64,000 bases of DNA from NCBI GenBank assembly GCA_028023455.1, contig JAQFVV010000006.1, positions 3,782,001-3,846,000 on the forward strand, in the 5' to 3' direction. The notes beneath the pieces are model-generated. The model saw nothing but the letters and a program-made list of their open reading frames with translations. It searched no databases and had not been told where the DNA came from. The stretch is from Epiperipatus broadwayi (lineage: Eukaryota; Animalia; Onychophora). Positions within the stretch are counted from its first letter, which is position 1; every line of letters begins with the position of its first letter. Positions 24,706 through 41,247 of the stretch are shown piece by piece. The position numbers and the translations under genes were made by a program.

Positions 24706-26289
24706 AAAGCAGGTAATTAATGTGGTAGCTTGAGGGCAATTAAAATGATAATTAAATTTGGTGATTATCACATGATTTGACATTTATTACATAGAAAGGA
24801 TATTATATGTATGACAAGATTCTATTATAGAATTTTAAAAATGAGTAAAATATGTTCATTCTGTAAAATTATTAGTAGTCATTTGAAAATCAATTTGCAG
24901 TAAAATATACAGGTGGATTTACAATTGTTCTTGGTTTGTTACTATTCTGAATACTGTTAGATAGATCGATCTAAAATATAATAGGAAATTGTTATTTTAC
25001 TATTGCAAAATGTTATTGAACATGGTAGCTAGAGAGTAATTCAAATATTAATTAAATAGCATTTGTGAGGTAATTACTTATTAAATCTGCTATACCTTTT
25101 TACACATGTGTCAGACTACTGATAACTTTGTAAGCTTGCAGTGTGATCAAATAATGTGTATACTGGAATATTTTGAGAAACTGAAGTGATAAAGTTGTCA
25201 AAATGGATCCCATGTACATGATATTTTATGACATGTTTGCAAAGGTTAGGAAGCTACTGAAAGACTGATATGTATGTGAAAAAGTATAACATGTCTATTA
25301 CATATTAGTAATCATATTTTATGAGTAATACCTGAAAAAGAATATTTATAATAATATGAAAAGTATAAATTTGTGAAAGAGCAAATTTTGCTTATGTAAT
25401 ACTTTTTTTAGTTGATATACATAGTATTTTTTAATTTTAAGTATAATTTGGAAATCAGTGTTTGTATTTGCAATGATTAAATGCTGTTGCTTTCTCTAGT
25501 GGGGAGAGGAAGACCTCTGCCATGGGTCAAAGTGCATTTCAAAAAGTCACAATAACCTGTTTTTATTCAGTACGTATTGTGTTTTTATTATCTTGATGTA
25601 CAAATTGATACTTTTTATGTTGTTAAAAATTTATAGGTAGTTGTGAATTAATAAAATGGCACTTTGTATTATTGCAAACATTCCCTTCCCCTCCCCCTCC
25701 CCACACTGGAGAAAGATACAGCATCCTACCAATGCAAATATGAGCAGAAAAAATAGGAGCAGAAATGTACCAAATTATAATTAAAATTAAAAGTAAAACT
25801 CTCCATACAGTAGTGCCACCCTGTGCCAATCAGAGAAATCAATGATCATGTGATGTTTAGTGGTTTAAAATTAAAAGTACTACATAAATTAACTCTGGCA
25901 GAAAATGACAAAATACATTGAAGCAAAACTAACAGAAAAATACCACATAAGCAAAATTCAAAAAAAGATAAATTTACTATATCCATTCACATCCTTAAAA
26001 TCAAAACATTTTTACCATGTATCAATTACAAAATGAACAGCAAAACAAAAAAAAAAGAAATCAAATACTAGATATATTAACTATGACAAAATGATTACAA
26101 AGTAGAAAATCAAAAACAAATCCTACATCTGGCTGAAGCTGTAACAAAATAGAATTAAAATATTCGTGTTTATGTGATATAACACCTGCATGGAATATTG
26201 ATCAAGAATGTGGTTAAGTACATCTATTTTGTTTAAAAAATTAGTAAACTTTTATTAAAATGGAATGACTGTGATGGAATAATTTTATA

Positions 26290-26570
26290 TTGGCAAGAAT
26301 GCAAAGAAGGCATCATCTATAGTTGACTTAAAAATGTTCATATTCAGCAGAATGTATTTGGCACATTTTCTTTGATCACTTCCATCCTCAATTGCCATGT
26401 TGAAACAGTCATTAGTCTTAGCCAGAATGCAAAGGAAATTATGATCTACAATTGACACAAAAATGTTCATATTCAGAAGATTGTATTTGGCACACTTTGA
26501 TCCTTCCATCAGAATTGCCACTATTCTATCCTCAATTGCTATGATAAAACAGTCATTGGTCTCCCTGCTC
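26290..26570. repeat. Two or more diverged tandem units of about 125 bp
   Basis: Repeated aaaaatgttcatattcag.aga.tgtatttggcaca.ttt and tcctcaattgc.atg.t.aaacagtcatt.gtct. Confidence 0.65.
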
Positions 26571-27804
26571 ATGGATACCTGTTTTTATTCAGTATTGTAA
26601 TGTGGTTTTATTATTTTTATGAACATATTTATCACTTAGAAATTTCCATGTATACATTATTTGATGAGATTTCAGGGTTTATTTGTCAGACAGAAGGTTG
26701 GAAATTTATCAACAGAATATCATGGATGCGAAAACATATAGCAGGTCTAATACATAAGTACTCTTTGTGGATATGATTGTATATTTAGCCAATATAAACT
26801 TATTATTTACCATTACACAAATAAATTGAATTTATTTCAATGTCAGTAGTATCAATGTTTATCTACAAAGTAAATGAAATATGAATCCATTTTTACTTAA
26901 AGTTCCAAATTTATATATAACAAGCTGATTCAACAAATGAAAAACACAAAAATTAAATGCCCCCAGATGGAAATATTAACTTAATCCTATTCAAAATGAC
27001 CTTAATCGACCATAGACATTTTTATAACCATGTGAAAATCTAAATACTTCAGAAATATAAAAATATTAAAATAATACTGTGCTAAATAAATATAAAGTTT
27101 TGAAGTGATGAATTTACATGTGGTATCTCTTGAAGAAATATCTTGTAGTGTAATCTAGATATGCATTAATACTATAAGATATGGTGAATTGAATCCAACT
27201 ACAGACAACTGTTAATGAATTCATTACTGTATAATTTCAATATTACAAACTTCTGATAAGATTTTTACAAAAAATTAAAATGAATGCTTAGCAACTCTGC
27301 CTTGTGATTATAAATTAAATTATCATTAAATAAACCTGTAATAACCGGTCTGCCCATTTCAGTTCTGCTCTTATGGATATAAATGTCTAAATTTGCTTCC
27401 CTTATGGCCGAAAACATAATATTATAGTATTTTCAAAATATTCAAAACTTCTTTCCCATATTTATCATACTGAACTTTTTTACATTGCTTTGTTTAATTC
27501 TTAACAGTTTTGATTGACTAATAAATATCTTTCATCACAGCAAAATATTTGAACAAGTCTGTTGCAAGTAAAAAATAAAGCATTGGGAAAAGTACATTAT
27601 GGGAAGTATATTTTATTGATAAAGACTTCCATATATATATATTTGACATAGATAAACTCATTTTTCATATTGTTTTGCATATAGATGTTGACACTATGAG
27701 ATTGGTGAATTAAATAGAACTATAAATAATATTTTGAAATTCATCACTCTGAAATATGACATTTACTTAGTGCTATATAAACTTTATATATATTGTAATA
27801 TTTT

Positions 27805-30230
<2,426 letters not shown>

Positions 30231-32820
30231 ATGATATATATTGGCACACATCCCGTTTTACCTACTATGTCGCATAGTAGTAATTATTCTAGGTTTAAAC
30301 CTTACCATGTATACATATATTCACATGTAGTTATGTATATACATGTATATCTCCATATAATGTGTATATCTAGGTATATTTTGAATGTTAAATTAAACAC
30401 ACGTATCTACATATCTGTATTTATTTAAGCGTATATTTGTGAAAACATCATTATGTATTGTAGGGTGTTGCATTCAAACCCTACATTACAAAATTCCAAA
30501 GACTTCAGGAGTAAAGTGGGAGAATTTTTTTTTGTCTCTATTCAACTGATTTTACAATAAATAAATAAACGACCATTGAGTTTATTCAGTTGAGTACTTT
30601 CGAAGGAATACCTTCATTATCAACGCTGTGTGAAATATATACTATATATACTACTCATTACAAACACGCACACAAAGTGATTATTAATTACAATCAACTG
30701 ATTTTATTAATGAAAGAAGACAATGTATAATTTTTTGAGTGATTATATTTAAGAATTAAAGATTAAGCACATGTAAACAGATGTCTGTAGAAGTAGTCTG
30801 TATAAATCATTTTTCTAAGTTTACTTATTAACTGTTTATATTTAATTTATATCTAATGAATTATAATGTTCTTTCTTAATAATGCTTTGATTTTAATACT
30901 TTGTCATTACTAATTTATTCTATGACTTTAATTTAATACTAATAATGTTAATAATCTGTAGCTTTATAGATCGTTTGGCTTACTTTCAATGAGCAAGTTT
31001 TATGTACATGGATATATGTAGTATATGCGTGTGTATGTGCAAACATTAACATTTAACCATTTACAGATATATTAAAAGTGTTTTTAAATAATTTCATATT
31101 TTCTGTGCAAAAAGTTGTTTTTTATTTATTTAAAAAAGGTGCTAAAAAAGATTTGAGAGAGATAAAAAAAATCAATTTTAACTTAACTTTAGAATAAAAA
31201 AATAGGAATTGAAGAAAAATAACTCATTAGTAAGCAGTTTCCAAAATTAAGAACTGTTGATTACTGTTGGAGCACTCAAAGGATAACATAAAGACTACAG
31301 AGACCACTGATCATTATTTGGATCACACCAAATAACAAATTTTGACAAAATTATAAGGATTGAAGATATTTGTATCGCAGCTGCACTAATAAAGTATATT
31401 TTGTAGACATCCAGGTGTTTCAATAACTAAATGTGTGTAATGTCATCAAAAGGGCAGCGCATACATAATCTGAAAATTAAGACAGTTTAGCTTAATAAAT
31501 CTTATTGCCTCTTGGAATCAACGCTTCATATTTTATATACATATATGAAGCTTTCTACAGCAGAATGGAGCGTTGGAAAGATGTTTTGCTGAACAGTCCC
31601 AACGGTCAATCCAAAGAACTCTATGCACATCAGAAGAGTTAAAATCTAAAATGAAAATAACAAATAGCATCCTTTGGCTGATCTCCAATGTCCGAAGAAG
31701 AATTTGAACCTTGTTATTGCTTCACCGATGCCGTTGCTGAATCCAAATCAAAATAAAAACACAAAGTAAAAATGCTAAAATTATATTAAAAGCAGAAAAT
31801 ATCCAGTTGTCTATAAAAGTAGTCATATCCAGAGCAGAAGAAAGAAGAAATGAAGAAACCATCATGATACAACAATGGTCCTTAAAGAAATGCAATTTAT
31901 GTCACAGCATCATCATCATCATTACAGTAAAATAGAAGAATTACAAACCCAAACCTAAAATAGAACTTTTCCAGTAAACTGCTGTAATTGATAAATCTAT
32001 GTGTGTTAAACATTATTATGTGGCTAAATTCAAATTTTAACCTTGAACAAGCTGGCTTTCAAATGAAATATACTAAACTCACTGAAACTGTCTATACGTC
32101 GAAAATAAAAACAGAACTTGGTAATATCAATTTTAATTTTTTTTCTCAATGACTATTAACAATTTTTCTTTTAAATAAATCAATTTATCTCTCTCCCTAC
32201 GTATTACAAATACAAATCAATTATTAGGAAAGGTTTTTTCAATAATAGTGATTATGGATTTTATATATTAGGTGTAATTTGATTATCATTTCATGTGATC
32301 ATTTATATATGTATTTTTTTGATAAAATGTCGTATTATTATGTATTAATTCAGATATCATAAGAAATTTATTATTCTTATCATATATAAAGGTTGAATAC
32401 AAGATTTATTAATGGGAAGTAACATATACACACACCTAATGATATAAATGTGCAAATCAATAAGGGTAGAAATTTAACATCATGAGAGATAGATTCTAAA
32501 GAAGTGAGTAACTTAGATTAATGGAAGTTGAGATAAATAATTTTAAACGGTTTTTTTAGATATTCTTATCTTTATAATTCGACTAACTTTTCTCTACCTA
32601 TTTCTCGATTATTATTTTCTAAGATTGTAGATATAAAAATGTATGTTATATGCAATATGCGAGTATGTATGTGTATTGGGTATTTATTTCAAAATTAAAA
32701 TGTTTCTATGATATGAGATTTCTATTCACCTACTAGTGATATGAACATACACATATCATTTATATAATATTAACGATTGGGTTTAAGTTTCATTAAGGGG
32801 AAGGGGGGGGGAGTCTTTTG

Positions 32821-32821
<1 letters not shown>

Positions 32822-32877
<56 letters not shown>

Positions 32878-32890
32878 TATTATTATTATT
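32822..32890. repeat. (ATT)n microsatellite
   Basis: Direct reading. Confidence 0.95.
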
Positions 32891-33187
32891 TGAATGTAAC
32901 AAATTTTATTATGAATTACTTTAAAATTAGACTCTATTCTATACACATTACATTGGTTAATTAAATATTTATTCATTACATATGTATATCTTTTGTTTAT
33001 TTAATTTTATATATATATGCGTGTATGTATATTAAATAGTGAATATTTGTTTTTAGTGTTATCGATGGTGAAGAAGTCAAGGATATTGATTTAATTACAA
33101 GGGTAAAGAATATATTCACTTCTTTACCTTTTAATGAAGACAAGATGATGGGTAAGATATTTAATTTTCTAATTATATATATACACA

Positions 33188-33413
33188 ATTAAAAGCCAGT
33201 CAACTCTTAAACAATCTCAATATCAATAACAATCAACAATTTTAAACCTGTTGTCAAGGCAACCTCCTTTTAACAATAAAGATGGAATCTCTTTATTTAA
33301 TACTAGGGAAGGGATTCCACTTTTATTGTTAAAAGGAGGTTGCCTTGATAACAGGTTCAAAATTGTTGATTGTTATTGATATTGGGGTTGTGTAAGTGTT
33401 GACTGTTTTTTAA
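33188..33413. repeat. Inverted repeat, about 105-bp arms with about 15-bp spacer
   Basis: Arms 33188-33293 and 33309-33413 are reverse complements with mismatches. Confidence 0.85.
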
Positions 33414-33464
33414 TGATTACTTACAAACCCATTTACCCTTGAGAATTATTATATATATATATTG

Positions 33465-36140
33465 TGTGCAGCATCCAATTCTGGCCATGCCAATATTACA
33501 AGATACTTAAATTTAGAATACGTTAATTAAGTGGGAGATAATATTTAATTTTCTTATATTTTTTTATAATAAGAATAGTATTTTACTTTATCATATTCCT
33601 ATACTAAGTCTTGATTTAATTATTTGCCTTTACTAAATAATAACATGAGATATCTCAATCATTAATATTTTTAAAAATATGAATATTTTATTATATGATA
33701 TAAATGTTTGTAAAAGAGAGAGAAAACTATAAAATTGGATAAGTAATTTCTTTTGTTTTCTCTTTTCAATAATTTTTACTATTTACCAGAATTAATTTCA
33801 ATTTTAATTTAAAAAATATTGAGAAAAAAACAATTTTCAATAAATTACTTAACAGTTTTTCATTTTAACATTTAAGAGAGATAAAATAGGTAATTTTTTT
33901 ATGTTTGTAAAGTTTTTTTTTTTAAAAAAAAAAACAAAACAAAAGAAAAGAAGGCAAAATTTTTGGTAAATTTTATTTTAATTTAGAAAAGTTTTTTTTC
34001 TTTATCTAAAGGCAGTATTTTCAAAATCAGTATAATTAATCTGATTCTTTTGCTTTTCCTTTGGCAGACAAAAACTAATAAAAGAGAAATTTAAAAGAAA
34101 ACTATGATTTTAATTTTAAGTTTTGACTTGTTTTCCAATTTTAATTTGAAGGAGAGAAATATCTAAACAATGTTCTTGCAAAAATAGACCTGTTTAGTCA
34201 GTATTTAATTTGTTCATATAAAATACAAAATTGTGATTGATGAGAAACAGGTTTGTTCCAAACATACAGGGGTCAGTAAATCATTAGGTCTGATTAGTTT
34301 TAATCAAGCTCTTGAGGAGAGCAGTCAGTTCTGATCCAGCTGGTGAAGAAGTCGAGCTGTGTAGAGCACACTAAGTTCAGCTATAAAAATGTTTTCTAAA
34401 AATGAGAACAACAATGTACTAAGTTTAGCAAAAATCATCTATCTCCATGTAAGCTACTTCGCTGAAAACAATGTGAAAGAAAAAATACTCTAAAGTAATC
34501 TGCTACAAACCATTTCTCCAACTGACAGCATAAGTGTCTTTATCTTTATGTGGATAGTAATTTATCTAGAACTGAAAAATTAGTAGAAAGAAAAATATAA
34601 AAATTATTTTTATGTGTTAGCCTGAAACTATTGTATGGAAAAATGGATAAATTAATTGTATATATTGGTAGACTGGAATTGAAAGTCTTCAGGAAGAAAA
34701 CCTACTTGGAAACTGGAAATTATGAGTGTTAAAAAGGACTCACAAAGGAATTAATACTATTGTGCAAGGTATTTTCTTTAATGAGTGCATTATATTTAAA
34801 TTATTAGAACAGTTTTAAATTAACTAACAATTGATAATTAATAATTTTATTCCTATCTTTTTTTTATTTGTAACATGATTTTTATATTACTTTCCCTCTA
34901 AAATTAGAAGGATTTTTAGTCAATTTAAAATTTATTTTTGTTAGGTAAATTTTTGTTTTACAAATAATATTTAGACTAATGAAAAAATTTTAAGGTAATA
35001 TTTTTTTTGATACATGTTTTGTTTTTATTCAATTATTTTTCCTTTAACATTATAAAAAAGTATTTATATGGAATTTCTTTTGAAACATGTTTTTTTTTTA
35101 TTAATTTAATTTTCTCTCCAAAATTATACAAAAAGATTAAGAATATTTAACTGCTCGTGTCTTATTACAAGTTGCTTTGTTATTTAATGAAAGTAAAAGT
35201 TAATTAATGCAATCAATAAAAATCCACTAGTTAATCATATTTTTTGTAAAATTATGTTTTTTATAAAATGTATAACTTTGAATTATCATATTACCATGCC
35301 ATTATTTATTTATTTAATTGTTAATAAGTTCCTTTATTAAAAAATGTTTAACAATATTCTAATGTTAATGTCTCTATTTCTACAGCTATTTGTTCTATGA
35401 ATGGGAAGTGTGTGTGACTAGATTTTATTACAGCTAAATGATTTAGATTTTTTTAAAAGTACTTCAGTAACATTATGTAAAGTAAAATAGAGTAAACTGC
35501 TATAATTATCTTTCTCTTGTTAAAAGTTAAAGTCTCTAAAGGGTTATAATTTTGAGCTAACTTTAGAGAGGATAATGATCAGTTATATAGATATAGGAGT
35601 TTATGTTTGTGTTTGGAAAGGCAGATGACAATTCTGTATGGGGCAAAGATATTACATTTAAAGTCCATTCACTGCAATTGTTTTTTTATTAGAAATTAGG
35701 TTTATGGTTGCTTGCAGACTAATGATAACATATAGCCAGAACATTGTTGATGATTAGAAGGTATAATTATCCCAATACTTCTTTTTATATTCTGATGGAT
35801 ATTTTAGCACTTAAATAAATGCATTCAAAAAATTGTGTTACATTCTGTCCAGAGTTTGGCAGTGGCTAGATAAGTAGCCTGTTTATGATGTACCTTTTTC
35901 AGATCCAGCCATGGCTTGACTATGATTGTTGAATTTATTATTGTTGATGATTTGATGTAGTTCATATCTTATTATAAATTATGATTAGTATAACTACATA
36001 GATGTATAGTTTTATTCCATACTGATTCTCTATTTTGTTATTTATGATTACTCATTTTATATTTATGATCAATAGGGATGTTGATGTGATCCCATCTCTC
36101 CATGTTCTTCCCATCAAGAGCTCATACAATTATGATATAT
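33465..36140. repeat. Diverged copy 2 of the duplicated segment
   Basis: See 27805-30230. Confidence 0.7.
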
Positions 36141-36619
36141 ATTGTAATGCTTGGCTTATTAAAATTTATTTTAATTAACTTGAGTACCAACTAACATTAA
36201 ACATAAAGGAATAGACCAGCACATGTTTTATATATATAGATATTTAAATAAACTTTGAAAATATTTTGTTAATATGATGATGGTGGTGATGATCACTACT
36301 TAACCACTATTTGCAATATCTGGCTAGATCATGTAGAACATGGGTATTCCCAATGATATGGACAAAGGATAAAGATGCAGACCAAACCCATATTACATAT
36401 AAAAAAGTTACCATAGTATTTAAGCAAGTAACAAGAATCATTTATTTACAAAATATTATAATTGGCAGGAAAAATATGTTCTTTTTTTTAATAAGCCACT
36501 TCTATATTTTGTTTTATTGTTTTTTTAGTTAACATGCACCACGGGAAATAATAGTTATTTATAAAATTGCCAAGGTTTATTTTGATTAATTTTAAAACAT
36601 CAACTTTCCAGTTATATCG

Positions 36620-37130
36620 TATAGTACATTTTTTATGATCAAACCCATTTATCATGGAGCAAATCTCTGGTCTTTAATATACCCTGAATGTAATCTTATG
36701 TATGGATGATCCTCACAAATATGATACATTTTTTTATCATTAGCTTCATAGTATAGTCACACATCTATATCTCATATGAGATTATTATTATGAGCAATAC
36801 ATCTTTCTTACAATGATAATTGCTGGGAATGGCCACTTTAGATCCAAATCCCATTAAACAACATCACAAATTAATTGTGTGAGATTTTTCATAATTTTTA
36901 TTAGACATTCATTAGGCTACAGGTTATTTGAATTTGACTCCAATTTACTAGAGAAAACCATAAATAAATCATCCATATAGTATATAACAATCATTTAATG
37001 GTGCTTTAACACTTGCATGCATATAATAAGTTCTAACAAACATAAAATGTAATTCATAGCAATCAGAATGAAGGCTTGTCTATGTACTAATGGACTTGAT
37101 GGAATTTCAAAATAAATCCCTAACTTAAAA
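36620..37130 (-). pseudogene. Decayed Penelope-like reverse transcriptase fragment
   Basis: Minus frames give IPSSPL...AMNYI..LE...VLK...IYYMDDLFMVF, then CDV, IVRK and RPEICS, in the order of the PLE RT motifs GSPLSP, RYVDDIF, FLDV, VYRK and RA..IC. Confidence 0.5.
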
Positions 37131-38407
37131 TACTAGTAATTATATTACATTCATCATTTTTTAACACATAGACATTTTAAATATTTTGCAAGCATGTTTT
37201 TTTAAAATGAATATTATACCTTTGATTATTTTTCTGACAATTTCACATTAAAGAAAACTTTAAAAAAAAGAATGTTAACAAATTATATATATATATAACA
37301 AAGAAAAGATTGAGCAATTTTTTATACATATCTTTTTTTACCAGTTGCTTTAAAGCACAACTAACTTTTTTTAAAAAAACTTTTACTTCCTGCTTTAATC
37401 AATCAATAATATAAATTATAATTTGTTAGAATTAACTATATACTAACATAAAACTTTAAAATAGTTCATATATTAGGATAACAGTGTAAACAATTTTTTA
37501 AAACTTATAAAGTGAATGTACTATAGCTGCAATTCTGCACATTTTGTTGAGAAGGTTTATCTTTTGTGAACTAATATTTCTTCCATGATAGTTTCTATTA
37601 ATTGATCCCATGTATAAGCCTGTTACTTTTTGCCCAAAGATTCCTATGAAAATAACTGACCAGGTCCATCTTTAGATATCCAGGCTAGATTTCAGGCAGT
37701 CAGCCATTTTTTTATTTATTCAGTCATCATAATGAAGGACCAATGCAGATAAACTAAAGTAAAAATCCAAATTGACTCCCTAATTTTAAGAAAAATTAAG
37801 TATATATAGGTTTTGATCTCTTATAGCATATTTGATCTTGTTTTTCAGTCTTAACAATCACTTATTTTCAACACCTCTATGATGTCATTTTTCTTTTAAT
37901 TTCCAGAATTTTATAAACATCTTGATTATTTAATTGATTGAACTTTTAAAATACTGTAATTATTAATTTGCTTGATCTTTTTCCTTGTTTTTGAATCTCA
38001 TGTCTCAAAACAGGCTTAATTAACTTATTTTTAATTATTTAAAATCTATTTCTTAGCCGAGTTGTTTTTAATACATTCCATATATTCTCTTAGTATTTGA
38101 TAAGAAAAACAATTTTAACATTTTTTATATAATTTATAAGTATCTCTTAAATTTAAACATTTTTAACAAACGTATTATATTATTTTTAAAATGTGACATT
38201 TAATAATTTATTTTAACATTTGAATATAGCTGTTATTATTATATTTAATACTTTATTCTAAACTATTTGCTCTATTTTATATATTAATATTTTAACTTTT
38301 AAATGTGATATTTATTAGCATCCAGCTTACAGTGCTGAAAACTAGATCACAATCGTGTGAAAGACCCCATGGCTGATAGTGAAATAAATAAGATATATTA
38401 TTTATTT

Positions 38408-38463
<56 letters not shown>

Positions 38464-39199
38464 AAATAGCTTTAAGCTATACATGTAATTATATGGAAAA
38501 AATACCCATTTATTCATAATAAGTAGACATTGCTTCATATCAACAAATGTTTTAAAAAGAGTGAATGCCCATTTTTTTAATCATTTATTGACATAGAGTG
38601 TTGTATATTCATAGGATAAGAGAGTAATGGTAATTTTCTTCCATATAATTATATATATATATAATTGAGAACTAAAATGAACAAATAATTTAACCAATCA
38701 GATTAACCTTTTAACCGCTAATTATATTATTGGTTGTATGAGGTAAAAATCAAATCTTTTAATTGGCCAACTCACAAACTGAAGACAAAGCCTATTGTTA
38801 AAACATATTTGCCTATAATATTAAATTCAACTCAGATATGTTTATAAAAAGTATATTATTAATTTTTCAGGTTATGAAGAGAACGAAAGTTCTTTCAAAA
38901 ATAAATTGCTATTTATTTATTCTAAAATATTCAATTTCGGCAACATAAAAGCTATAATATAAACAAAAAGATCGACTTTTACGTTATAGAAAAGTAAATA
39001 TTTCTTTTTACTACAGCTTCAATATTTTTACAAAAATCTTCGATATTTTTCGAAAATAATTTTGTTTTTTTAGTTTATTTTTTAAAAAATTATTTTTAAT
39101 TTGGCAAATTATACTTTTTTTAATACTTAAATCACATTCGAAATGAAAATCTCAGCGTTTATCTTTATTTTCTTTGATCAGGCAGTTTCTTTGTTTTTT

Positions 39200-39460
39200 C
39201 CAGCCAATCAGAATGTCTTTGTCGGCTGAGAACTGGCTGAGAGCCAATCAACAATAAGCTTCTTTCTTTGTTTAGTTTAAATGCAGTTTTTTTTTATTTT
39301 TTACTTGTAAAAGAATTCAGAAGAGGGCACCATCTTATAGAGCTTTTAAAAACCTATTTAAAAACATATTGAACGAATATTTTCGTATAAAAACTCGCAG
39401 AGTTAGAGTGATGTCAGATGTCTACGAGGAGCCTCGTAAGAGGCGGGAAAAGGGTTAATC
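39200..39460 (+). promoter_or_regulatory. Candidate Pol II promoter and first exon
   Basis: Two agccaatca boxes (39202, 39242), tataaaaa at 39386, Inr-like tcag about 28-30 nt downstream, CpGs retained, possible donor GT at 39454. Confidence 0.5.
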
Positions 39461-39740
39461 CATAGCATTTCTAATATTAGTTATATACTCTTGCGGGCTA
39501 TTAACAAATGAAACAGTTAGAAGGCTGACCTACTTCTCAGAAATAAATCTCTAGTTTCAAGATGAATTAGAAATTTAAATACCTAAATTTTTTCACCAGA
39601 AGTAATAATTTGACTTTCTAATTAAATACCATGATTGCAAATTTACCAATATTAGTGTTTGAAGGTATTTGCAGTTTAATGATATATATATATATAATAG
39701 TTGAAACTTCAGACTGTAAAAATTTTTACTGTAAGCACCT

Positions 39741-39914
39741 GAGCTGCCCTCTAGTTGCAATAATTCAATACATTTGTGCTATAAGAATATGCTCGCTTTT
39801 CATTGCATGCCCAATTTTTTCTATACGAAAAACTTTCTTGAACAACAATAGTAAAAACTGGTTGTTTTGGTGCTACAAAAAGTTGATTCAATTATGACAG
39901 CTAGAGGGCAGTTC
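39741..39914. mobile_element. Short MITE-like element
   Basis: About 29-bp imperfect TIRs gagctgccctctagttgcaataattcaat / attcaattatgacagctagagggcagttc. Confidence 0.55.
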
Positions 39915-40636
39915 GATAGTTTATATTGATAATGCACAGAATGTAACTTTGACTAATATATATATATATATAATTGACATTATAATTGTCCAATATCATA
40001 AATATATATGTAATAATGAATTACTATGTGGAAGAAACAAATGTAACCAATCAATTTAATCTACAGCTTTTCTAGTCTAAGTTTCACATTCTCATAAGTT
40101 ATTGACATGATAAAAAATATGACTTTTCACTAGAAATGTTTTCCTCACAATAAATTTCTGATCATTGAGTGGAGCAGACGTCTAGACTCTTCATTCTCTC
40201 CACCAGAAATGATTACTCTGATTTTATGTTTAAATACAGTGTTTGCAAACTTGTCATTATTAACAATTGAATACATTTGAAATCATAAGTATTAATAAAA
40301 ATATTAAGCTTTTTATTTCGATATTATAACCAATTTTCCATCAGTAATCATTTCTGGGCACGTTGGAACACCCAAATAAATTTTAACCACCAAATTTTGA
40401 TATATATATAAACTAAATTTAAAATTCAAAAGAACTAACCAAAATTTAAAAACGAAAATTTTCACAACCTATCAGTTTCACTATCAAGACAGACCTCTTA
40501 AGTCCAAAAGAATGTAAACAAGAAAAACAGAGCAAAACTCTCCATACAGTATTGCCACCTGTGCTAAACAGAGTAATCAATGGATGCCAGAAGGCTTGTG
40601 CATAAAATCCCTATCTAATGCCTACTCATCCAATAT

Positions 40637-40675
40637 CCCCAGACTAGTTTCTGGCTTGTGGCCTTCGTCAGTGAG
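40637..40675 (-). ncRNA. Hammerhead C1
   Basis: Minus strand reads cctca-CTGACGA-a-GGC-cacaa-GCC-a-GAAA-ctaGTC-tgggg. Confidence 0.8.
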
Positions 40676-41092
40676 GAGCTTTGGATCTGAGAGCACTGCA
40701 TCTAGATCTTAGGATCTAATGCAACCCTCTAGCAACCACCTTTTATCTCTACTTAACTACAAAACTATGAGAATGAAATTGAAAACACAAAAAATATTTT
40801 CAATCTAAGCTCAATAGCTTATATAGTCATTTGGGTCTGAACTCAGTTCAGCACCCATACATTTTGGTGTCTTTGGCTCTTTTACAACCATAGCCACCAC
40901 TATCCTATTAGGCAGGATTGGTTTTAAACCATTAAGCATCACATGATCACATTTCCTATACTAGCACATTAATTGTTGATGAACAGAGCAAAACTCTCCA
41001 TACAGTATTGCCACCTGTGCTAAACAGAGTAATCAATGGATGCCAGAAGGCTTGTGCATAAAATCCCTATCTAATGCCTACTCATCCAATAT

Positions 41093-41131
41093 CTCCAGAC
41101 TAGTTTCTGGCTTGTGGCCTTCATCAGTGAG
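41093..41131 (-). ncRNA. Hammerhead C2
   Basis: Minus strand reads ctca-CTGATGA-a-GGC-cacaa-GCC-a-GAAA-ctaGTC-tggag. Confidence 0.8.
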
Positions 41132-41208
41132 GAGCTTTGGATCTGAGAGCACTGCATCTAGATCTTAAGATCTAATGCAACCCTCTAGTGCTCTCAGATC
41201 CAAAGCTC

Positions 41209-41247
41209 CTCACTGACGAAGGCCACAAGCCAGAAACTAGTCTGGGG
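41209..41247 (+). ncRNA. Hammerhead C3
   Basis: ctca-CTGACGA-a-GGC-cacaa-GCC-a-GAAA-ctaGTC-tgggg; predicted cleavage after 41242. Confidence 0.8.

Noticed and set aside
31400-31950. Possible hAT transposase remnant (LIASWNQRF) or a transmembrane exon on the minus strand
   Set aside because: The two readings conflict, each has only one weak motif, and no TIRs were found.
33335-33370. Hammerhead remnant in the 33.2-kb hairpin
   Set aside because: It needs several shared core mutations and has no stem II.
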